Source of the DNA: an uncultured virus (IMG/VR IMGVR_UViG_2049941000_000847)
Taxonomy: Duplodnaviria > Heunggongvirae > Uroviricota > Caudoviricetes
IMG/VR virus record: IMGVR_UViG_2049941000_000847
Direction: 5' to 3' (one strand)
DNA length: 64,000 bases
Part shown: piece after piece, positions 10,069 through 17,907 of the stretch
Layout: each line of letters opens with the position of its first letter
How positions within the stretch are numbered: position 1 is the first letter of the stretch
Made by a program: the position numbers and the translations under genes
Notes under the pieces: model-generated
Seen by the model: the letters and a program-made list of their open reading frames with translations, nothing else
What the model was told of the DNA's origin: nothing
Databases searched by the model: none

Positions 10069-10564
10069 CAAGGTTTTCTTCATGAAGATTTCCTTCTGTG
10101 TCAATCCTGTACCGTTTTCCGTCTAGTTTGACCTCGGCATATCCTTTGTCGAAGTCGTCGGCATCATCAAACCACTGATCAGGAGACAGCAGGTTTCCTT
10201 CCTTGCCGATGAAGTTATATTCTCCATTCAATCTGACACGAACATATCCTTCCCAGAAATAACAGACATAATCAAACCACTCATCGCCCTTCCATAGAAG
10301 ATTCCCGTCTTTGTCGATGAAGTTGTGTTTTCCGTCCAGTACGACCTCAGTATATCCTTCTTCGTCGAAGTCGCTGACATAATCAAACAAACTTCTGTCA
10401 TGCGTCTCGTTATATTTCTCCACCTTTTCTTCAAAAGAAAGGGATTCTTCAGGAGAGGCTTCTTCAAAAATAACCTTCCTTATATCATTAATGCTCTCGC
10501 AGATTGATCTGGAGAACCCAACCTTTCTCAATGCTTCGACAAATTCAACTTCACTCTTTTTCAT
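10055..10564 (-). CDS. Leader-family (type A) protein with WG-like repeats
   Basis: MKKSEVEFVEALRKVGFSRSICESINDIRKVIFEE, then EKYNETHDRSLFDYV and GY..V.L.G..NFI.K.GNLL repeats. Confidence 0.85.
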   Translation of the reverse strand: MKKSEVEFVEALRKVGFSRSICESINDIRKVIFEEASPEESLSFEEKVEKYNETHDRSLFDYVSDFDEEGYTEVVLDGKHNFIDKDGNLLWKGDEWFDYVCYFWEGYVRVRLNGEYNFIGKEGNLLSPDQWFDDADDFDKGYAEVKLDGKRYRIDTEGNLHEENLDEEE

Positions 10565-10644
10565 ATCACACCCCTTCCCTTAGGATGGACACGGCTTTTG
10601 GTATACGCATTTAGTTTATAAATTAAAGAGAGGATTTCCAAAGG

Positions 10645-12111
10645 TCATTCAACATTCACCCTGCCACCGAAACCAGCCCCATCGAGACATTCGGTGAATA
10701 TGTCAAGAGCCTTCTGAACCTGTGTTTTGGGCACGGCGATAGAGTCGTGGATAGTGACATACTTGATACCGGCCTTGTTCAGCTCAGGCGCTAGCATTCC
10801 GAACATGAACGCACCCTCGTTCCTCTGCAGTTCGTGGGACAACGCCCTGTAGTCATATGACTTCAAGTGCATCAAAGCCTTGCGCAGCGTGGGGAAGAAC
10901 AATTTCCATGCCTCGTCCATGTGATAGTTGTACGGCTTCTTGCCGTTCCCAAAAACATACGACACGAATTCCTTTTTGATGGCCTTTCTGGTCATTTCCT
11001 TCCAGAAATACCTGGAATAGACCTCCTGGAAGAACTCATAGATACCCATATCCAGCCGCATCTTGTACGCGGCCAGTTCCTTCGAAGCTTTTTTCAACAT
11101 GTCCGAATAGCTTTCGAACCCGAGACGGTCGTAATTCTCGTTGAGTTCACATGCGAACATGTTGCTCCCGTGGTACTTGTTCTTCCGGTTCACATATTTC
11201 TGCCGGATATCAACCCTTTTCGATGGTTCTTCGATGAAGTATTTGCCGTCGGCACCTTCTTTCGCATGGTTTTCGCACTTTTTGAACCAGGAGACCAATA
11301 AAGCATATAGCAAAGTTGGCTGAGAGGAGACGATGTCTATTTCGCTGACATGTTCACCGTGGAAGGTGAGACCCGTTTTGCGGATGTTTTTCGAAATGTT
11401 CGTGAAATTCGTGTGGATTCGGTTGTAGTGGTCCTTGTGAATGTACAATTCCCCGGCGTTTATGTCTCTCGCCTTGGCAAGTTCCATCGCCAGAGTGCCT
11501 TTTTTGCACCGGCGTTCGCCGGGAGCATCCAAAACGGCAGTGGAAAGATCGATTTTGAACTCCTTCATCATGCCGTATATGTTGGAAAGCATCTCGTCCG
11601 ACTCGATTTCGCCGAGCATCCTTTCCTTCCAGTCCAAAATCTTGCCTAAAAGTGACTTTTTCGTTATTTTGTACTCTACTAGATCGGAACCAAGGTATTT
11701 GTTGCTTATGCAGTAGCACTTGCACTTCCCTTTACGCCCGTTCTCCTCATCTCCGACCACGTAGTGATTGTCCGTTTCGATTATTCCGTTGTCGAGGAGC
11801 AGGTTGATGTACTTTCTGTAGTTCCTGCCGATTTCATGCAGGAGAACAGTCGACGAGAGAGGAACCTTGTCCAGGTTCTTGAACCGCTTCTGGGCCTTCA
11901 GACTCGAGATCTTGGAGCAGATGTAGACAAGGGAGTCCATCGAGTACCTGAACGATTTTCCGTCAGATCCGAAAAACTCCTCGTCTTCGCCTTTTTTCTC
12001 TTTTATAGTACTTAAATGAGTATATATAGTTTTTATTAAAATTTTTGGAGCGAGGACCACCACAGTGGACGAGTTTAAAGAACTACCTTTATGTTTTGCT
12101 TTTTCAGACAT
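10645..12111 (-). CDS. Minimal PolA/T7-RNAP-superfamily palm protein with N-terminal wHTH-like region
   Basis: RIHTNFTN, motif A-like EIDIVSSQPTLL, motif B-like RKAIKKEF..YVFG, LQRNE, motif C-like TIHDSI; no exonuclease domain visible. Confidence 0.6.
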   Translation of the reverse strand: MSEKAKHKGSSLNSSTVVVLAPKILIKTIYTHLSTIKEKKGEDEEFFGSDGKSFRYSMDSLVYICSKISSLKAQKRFKNLDKVPLSSTVLLHEIGRNYRKYINLLLDNGIIETDNHYVVGDEENGRKGKCKCYCISNKYLGSDLVEYKITKKSLLGKILDWKERMLGEIESDEMLSNIYGMMKEFKIDLSTAVLDAPGERRCKKGTLAMELAKARDINAGELYIHKDHYNRIHTNFTNISKNIRKTGLTFHGEHVSEIDIVSSQPTLLYALLVSWFKKCENHAKEGADGKYFIEEPSKRVDIRQKYVNRKNKYHGSNMFACELNENYDRLGFESYSDMLKKASKELAAYKMRLDMGIYEFFQEVYSRYFWKEMTRKAIKKEFVSYVFGNGKKPYNYHMDEAWKLFFPTLRKALMHLKSYDYRALSHELQRNEGAFMFGMLAPELNKAGIKYVTIHDSIAVPKTQVQKALDIFTECLDGAGFGGRVNVE

Positions 12112-12161
12112 CGAACTGAACACAGTTTATAGGTCCTCGGTTAGCCCTTAATATAGTATTT

Positions 12162-12839
12162 TCAGTTCAGGACTTTTTTGAGGAATCCTAGACTGTTTTT
12201 GAGAAGCCTGTCTCTCGCTTCTTGATCGGACTTCTCGTCTCCGATCGCGAGTTTCGAACGAACTACCCCACACGTCTTCACGGTTGGGAACTCGAGCCTG
12301 CATCCCGTCAGCAACGCTTCACATGCCAGGAACTTTTCCGTGGTGTCTATGTGGGTGCTGGCGAGGGGTTTCGGGAACAAAGCCCGTTCTCCATACATTT
12401 TTTCGTTGACGCTCGATATCAGGTCGAACGCCGACTTGTTGATGCCGAAGTTGGAAATGGAAAGGTGGTTTCCGTTCAGTATGCTCCTGACGGTTTTCCA
12501 CTTGTTCCGGTCGAACTCCGGTTTGATGTTCTTTGTTATTATAAATGATCCACGCCGCTTCTCTCTTATAGGGAAATATGTAACGGTTGGTTCCTGACCG
12601 CGAAGCATTTTTCTGTGAATCTTCACAAGGTCTCTCTGCAGCTCGCAGTCCATGTCAACTATTATGACGGAATCATATCCGCCCGAGAAAAGCCTGCGTA
12701 TGGTCTTGTCCAGGTCAGGCAACGACTTGCCTGGCATCATGATCGTTATGTCCGGGAGGCTGTTCTGGCGATCTACCGTGGCGTTATGCCGTATAGGTAT
12801 GTCGGTTGATGTAGTGATTCCTATCAGCGCGGTTGCCAT
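12162..12839 (-). CDS. Hypothetical protein, possibly degenerate GT2-like glycosyltransferase
   Basis: GYDSVIIVDMDC (DxD-like), SISNFGI. Confidence 0.45.
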   Translation of the reverse strand: MATALIGITTSTDIPIRHNATVDRQNSLPDITIMMPGKSLPDLDKTIRRLFSGGYDSVIIVDMDCELQRDLVKIHRKMLRGQEPTVTYFPIREKRRGSFIITKNIKPEFDRNKWKTVRSILNGNHLSISNFGINKSAFDLISSVNEKMYGERALFPKPLASTHIDTTEKFLACEALLTGCRLEFPTVKTCGVVRSKLAIGDEKSDQEARDRLLKNSLGFLKKVLN

Positions 12840-14576
12840 TTACCAAACCTGCGGTGTGTAATTTTTGGCGTAGAACTTCGGAACGGCCTTAGTTTCCTTC
12901 TTTTTCCGTCCGGTCGTCTTGCGTTCCTTCTTCGGCTTGCTCTTCTTGTTTGGGTCCGCCGTTATGGAACCTTCAAAAACGCCTCGGAGATTGATTTCCT
13001 TGACGGGGAAAAGGTCGTCCTTGTAGTACTTGAGTCTCGTTTTATAGTGCTTGAGAGAATAGTTTTCCTTCGTGTTCCCGCCGCGGGTGGTATAGGAGCA
13101 GTCGTCGAAAATGTCGTATACGCGTGCGATCTCCTTGTCCTTGTGGAACCGGATGACGCGCCCGATGGACTGGACCACCTCGTACATGGACTTGGAGAAC
13201 TCTGCGAAAACCAGATTGTGCAGGAACTCGATGTTGACGCCCTGCTTCATGGTGCCGTAGGTGGCGATGATTATGTTCCCCTTGGAGGAATTGACCTCGC
13301 CACGCATTTTATCTCGTTCCAGCGGAGACACTTCGCCTATGATCACGTGGTACTTGAACTGCGGATACTTTTCCAGGAGGTACTGATGCATATCTTCCAG
13401 AGTATCCTTCTTCTTGTATAGAATGACCGTGTTCTGCTCGGTGTTGATGTACCCGCTCGATATGAGCAGATCCATGACCACTTTGCGGGATCCGTTGTTG
13501 GTGAGCACAGCGAACTCGGTTTTGTAGTTCTGCCGGCACATGTACATCGCCTTATCCTGAGGATAGGGAATGCGTATGCCGTATATTTCCAGCGGGGAGA
13601 GAACTCCCTTCTGGATTAGCTCGTAGCTGCGGACGACGACTTCTTTTCGCCCGAGGGCAGATTCGATCAAAGCCGCGTCCAGTCCATTGTCCGGCAACGT
13701 GCCGGATACGCCGACCTTGAAGTCTTCCGCGTTGACGCACTTGTCCAGGATTTCGCGGATGACCTCGCCCCTCGTTCCGTGGCACTCGTCGATTATGACG
13801 GCATTGAACACGGTGAAGAACTTGTCCGGTTTGTTCTGGAGGCTCTGCCAAGTCGATATCGTGATATCCTTGAGCATGACCTCTTCGCCCAGGTTGAGAT
13901 CGGAAAGCTTCTGCTTGTCGGATGCGGTCAGCTTGTCCTTGGATTCCCCGTGGATAAGCGTGCAGTAATCGTCGACCTCTTTCCAGCCGTAGTCGTCTTT
14001 GAAGTTGGAGTACAGCTGTTCGACAAGGGCTGAGGAAGGCGTGATTATGAGAACTTTCTTGCGTTCCTTTTCGAGGAGGTAGCGGGACATTATGTACATG
14101 GCAAGCGACTTGCCGGCCGAAGTGCATGCCATGAGAGACATGCGCCTGCCGTTGATTGCCTTGAGGATCAGCCTGACCTGGTGGTCATATGGAACTATCT
14201 TCTTGCCGTCCTTGTTGACCATACCAAGAGTCTCCGCGTATTCGCGGATGCTTTCTTCTGTTATTGGCGTTTTTGGCGTAAAAAGGGCACGTATTTCGTC
14301 CGATATGGCCAATTTGTAGTTTGGAAACATCTTCGTCCTGACCTTGAGCATTGGTAGCAGGCCGATTGGAAGAAGATGCTTTTTGGCGTCATAGATATGC
14401 TCGACCGCGTCGGTTCTTCCCTGTTCGTACTCCCATGTAAACATTTTCTTTTCATTGAAGTAGGAGAACCAGTTGTATATGTGTTTGTTGATGGTGGACG
14501 CTTCTTCCTCGGTACAGTCGAGGAAGTCTATCTTGGCATAGTTGCCTTGCGCCTTCGAACAGTATATAGTAGCCAT
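12840..14576 (-). CDS. uvsW: UvsW-like SF2 DNA helicase
   Basis: PYDHQ, TSAGKS, ISTWQS, IIDECH, GVSGT, ATYGTMKQGVNI, QSIGR. Confidence 0.9.
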   Translation of the reverse strand: MATIYCSKAQGNYAKIDFLDCTEEEASTINKHIYNWFSYFNEKKMFTWEYEQGRTDAVEHIYDAKKHLLPIGLLPMLKVRTKMFPNYKLAISDEIRALFTPKTPITEESIREYAETLGMVNKDGKKIVPYDHQVRLILKAINGRRMSLMACTSAGKSLAMYIMSRYLLEKERKKVLIITPSSALVEQLYSNFKDDYGWKEVDDYCTLIHGESKDKLTASDKQKLSDLNLGEEVMLKDITISTWQSLQNKPDKFFTVFNAVIIDECHGTRGEVIREILDKCVNAEDFKVGVSGTLPDNGLDAALIESALGRKEVVVRSYELIQKGVLSPLEIYGIRIPYPQDKAMYMCRQNYKTEFAVLTNNGSRKVVMDLLISSGYINTEQNTVILYKKKDTLEDMHQYLLEKYPQFKYHVIIGEVSPLERDKMRGEVNSSKGNIIIATYGTMKQGVNIEFLHNLVFAEFSKSMYEVVQSIGRVIRFHKDKEIARVYDIFDDCSYTTRGGNTKENYSLKHYKTRLKYYKDDLFPVKEINLRGVFEGSITADPNKKSKPKKERKTTGRKKKETKAVPKFYAKNYTPQVW

Positions 14577-14682
14577 GTTGTGGGATGCGGTCGACGCACC
14601 TCGTGTATAATATAGTATTTTTTGAGGAGGATTTACACGCGTTTTTGTTATAAACTATTGTCAAGCGACGCCGAGTTATATC

Positions 14683-16317
14683 ATGAATAAAGCATTTGTT
14701 GAGTTCATTTACAGACTTGAAAACATGTCTGGTGAACGGGAACTCTGCGAAGCGGTTCTGCGGGGGTATCTCGCGTGCCATCCGATTTTCGAGGATGCCG
14801 AAGGACGTGCCGCCAGCAAAACAAGAGACTTTATCAGAACGAGAATCGGTGAAGACCGTTCGAATGATGTTGCAAGAGACCAGAACGGAGAACCTATACT
14901 GACGGCAAGTGGAAAAGAACAAACGGTTGTTGATTATTTTGANNNNNNNNNNNNNNNNNNNNNNNNNNNNNNNNNNNNNNNNNNNNNNNNNNNNNNNNNN
15001 NNNNNNNNNNNNNNNNNNNNNNNNNNNNNNNNNNNNNNNNNNNNNNNNNNNNNNNNNNNNNNNNNNNNNNNNNNNNNNNNNNNNNNNNNNNNNNNNNNNN
15101 NNNNNNNNNNNNNNNNNNNNNNNNNNNNNNNNNNNNNNNNNNNNNNNNNNNNNNNNNNNNNNNNNNNNNNNNNNNNNNNNNNNNNNNNNNNNNNNNNNNN
15201 NNNNNNNNNNNNNNNNNNNNNNNNNNNNNNNNNNNNNNNNNNNNNNNNNNNNNNNNNNNNNNNNNNNNNNNNNNNNNNNNNNNNNNNNNNNNNNNNNNNN
15301 NNNNNNNNNNNNNNNNNNNNNNNNNNNNNNNNNNNNNNNNNNNNNNNNNNNNNNNNNNNNNNNNNNNNNNNNNNNNNNNNNNNNNNNNNNNNNNNNNNNN
15401 NNNNNNNNNNNNNNNNNNNNNNNNNNNNNNNNNNNNNNNNNNNNNNNNNNNNNNNNNNNNNNNNNNNNNNNNNNNNNNNNNNNNNNNNNNNNNNNNNNNN
15501 NNNNNNNNNNNNNNNNNNNNNNNNNNNNNNNNNNNNNNNNNNNNNNNNNNNNNNNNNNNNNNNNNNNNNNNNNNNNNNNNNNNNNNNNNNNNNNNNNNNN
15601 NNNNNNNNNNNNNNNNNNNNNNNNNNNNNNNNNNNNNNNNNNNNNNNNNNNNNNNNNNNNNNNNNNNNNNNNNNNNNNNNNNNNNNNNNNNNNNNNNNNN
15701 NNNNNNNNNNNNNNNNNNNNNNNNNNNNNNNNNNNNNNNNNNNNNNNNNNNNNNNNNNNNNNNNNNNNNNNNNNNNNNNNNNNNNNNNNNNNNNNNNNNN
15801 NNNNNNNNNNNNNNNNNNNNNNNNNNNNNNNNNNNNNNNNNNNNNNNNNNNNNNNNNNNNGAATCTCCCATGGAAAGGTGAGGAGTGGTTTGATAATGTC
15901 GGCAGCTTCCATGAAGGATACGCCACGGTCGAACTTGATAACAAATACAACTGGATCGACAAGGACGGGAATTTCCTATGGAAAGGCGAGAAGTGGTTTG
16001 ATTATGCCGGCATCTTCGACGAAGGACCTGCCATGGTCAAACTGAACGGAAAATATAACTTCATCGACAAGGACGGGGATCTCCTGTGGAAAGGCGAGAA
16101 GTGGTTTGATGGTGCCAACAACTTCGACGAAGGATATGCCCGGGTCGAACTTGATAACAAATACAACTGGATCGACAAAGACGGAAATCTCCTATGGAAA
16201 GGTGAGGAGTGGTTTGACAATGCCAGCTTCTTCTTCGATAAAGGATATGCCGAGGGCAGCCTGAACGGAAAATGGTATAAGATCGACAAAGAAGGAAATT
16301 TGCACGATATAACATAG
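14683..16317 (+). CDS. Leader-family (type B) WG-repeat protein, paralog 1 (middle in a 918-nt gap)
   Basis: MNKAFVEFIYRLENMSGERELCEAVLRGYLACHPIFED; C-terminal 36-aa repeats; TATAAACTA at 14649. Confidence 0.8.
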   Translation: MNKAFVEFIYRLENMSGERELCEAVLRGYLACHPIFEDAEGRAASKTRDFIRTRIGEDRSNDVARDQNGEPILTASGKEQTVVDYFXXXXXXXXXXXXXXXXXXXXXXXXXXXXXXXXXXXXXXXXXXXXXXXXXXXXXXXXXXXXXXXXXXXXXXXXXXXXXXXXXXXXXXXXXXXXXXXXXXXXXXXXXXXXXXXXXXXXXXXXXXXXXXXXXXXXXXXXXXXXXXXXXXXXXXXXXXXXXXXXXXXXXXXXXXXXXXXXXXXXXXXXXXXXXXXXXXXXXXXXXXXXXXXXXXXXXXXXXXXXXXXXXXXXXXXXXXXXXXXXXXXXXXXXXXXXXXXXXXXXXXXXXXXXXXXXXXXXXXXXXXXXXXXXXXXXXXXXXXXXXXXXXXXNLPWKGEEWFDNVGSFHEGYATVELDNKYNWIDKDGNFLWKGEKWFDYAGIFDEGPAMVKLNGKYNFIDKDGDLLWKGEKWFDGANNFDEGYARVELDNKYNWIDKDGNLLWKGEEWFDNASFFFDKGYAEGSLNGKWYKIDKEGNLHDIT

Positions 16318-16346
16318 AATTAGCTGCCTTTCACATAACAATTCAA

Positions 16347-16373
16347 AACGGGCACCAACCAGTGCCCATTTTT
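16347..16373 (+). terminator. Terminator hairpin
   Basis: GGGCAC-CAACCA-GTGCCC followed by a T-run. Confidence 0.6.
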
Positions 16374-16414
16374 GTTATAAACTTACACTGTACGATGCTT
16401 CCAGAATTTGATTC

Positions 16415-17870
16415 ATGAACGAATCGGAAAAAGAATGGGACTTCATTAACTATCTTCGGAGGGCTGGTTTTCCCGGCCCGGTTTGCGAAAGCATAAACGA
16501 TATCAGAAAGGTTGTTTTCGAGGGAGAAGATGATTACGCAAAACCGGAACATACACCAGACCGTTCCACGGAGAACGGCGATAAAATAGACTGGAGTTCT
16601 TTCCCGGATCCTGACATCCAGAAAGGCATCGATCTGATGCGAAAGATAAACGAACACGGCTACGAGGCATACATAGTCGGTGGATGCGTGCGCGACATCG
16701 TCAACGGTAGCAAGGACGTCCATGACGTGGACATCGCAACCAATATGCCAATCGCAGAACTGAAGCGTGCGTTCAACACGGCCGATAACGGAGGTGAGAA
16801 GCATGGCACGATTCTCGTGGAAAACGATGGTGTCATGTTCGAGGTAACTCAATTCAGAACAGAAACCGGTTATAGCGACGGCCGCCATCCTGACAATGTA
16901 TCGTGGACCGATTCGTTCGAGGACGATACCAGGCGCCGAGACTTCACAATAAACGCAATGGGAATCGACGCGGACGGGAATGTTATCGACTACAACGGCG
17001 GAGTGGCGGACCTGCGAAACAGGATATTGCGAACCGTCGGAGACCCGNNNNNNNNNNNNNNNNNNNNNNNNNNNNNNNNNNNNNNNNNNNNNNNNNNNNN
17101 NNNCCGAAGACGCCCTACGCATAATCCGTGCAATGCGCTTTGCCGCAAGGTTTGACATGACAATAGCGGAAGATACCCTGAAGGGGATGATCGCTTGCAA
17201 GGGGCAGTTGAACAGGATATCGATGGAACGCGTTCGAGACGAGCTGATAAAAACCGCCGAGTACGGAGCAAAGCAGTTCGCCTCTGTCGTGTCGCTTATG
17301 AACGATACTGGGTGTGGCGAGATCATAGATCCAAACAGCTTCATCGACTGGGAAAAAGCTAGAGACCTGGCAGATACGAGAGCAACAGATCCGCTGTTCG
17401 CCGAGATGGACAAAGATGTCATTGTATCGCTGGCGTTGCTGTTCTACGGAACGAACGATGCGAAGGCTGCAATGCAGTATTTCCGGTGCACGGTCGAGCA
17501 GATAAGGAGCGTCGGTTTCATTTACCGGAATCTGGATAATTATCGCCGGCTCGGAGAGCTCGATCCGATCGGTGCTATAAATGTTGTGAAGAACAAGGAC
17601 TTCGACCGGTTGCGGGAAGTCAATCATGCCATATACGGCGACGACGGTGATTATGCGGATCTTATCCCAACTGTCCGGATGTTGATTCGTGAAGCCGTAC
17701 CAAGGTTCAACAGCATATCCAGGATGATGAGGGAGATCGGAATTCAACCAGGTCCAAATTATGGATCCGTGCTGGAAAAGGTCGCAAATAGAATGTGCGA
17801 AATGTACATCTCAGGTGTTGAGCCGACCGATGAGCAGATCATGGAAATGCTCTTGGAATATGCCCAATAA
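16415..17870 (+). CDS. cca: Leader-family (type A) class II CCA-adding tRNA nucleotidyltransferase/poly(A) polymerase (split by gap)
   Basis: Leader WDFINYLRRAGFPGPVCESINDIRKVVFEG; AYIVGGCVRD, DVDIAT, EVTQFRTE..YSDGRHPD, RRDFTINAM, EDALRIIRAMRFAARF, ERVRDEL. Confidence 0.9.
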
Positions 17871-17907
17871 TTATAAACTCCATACATAAGAACCACAGGC
17901 GGTTCCA

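Noticed and set aside
14452..16045. Several long ORFs spanning 14.9-15.9 kb
   Set aside because: Length comes from the N-run; only the frame starting at 14683 is supported.
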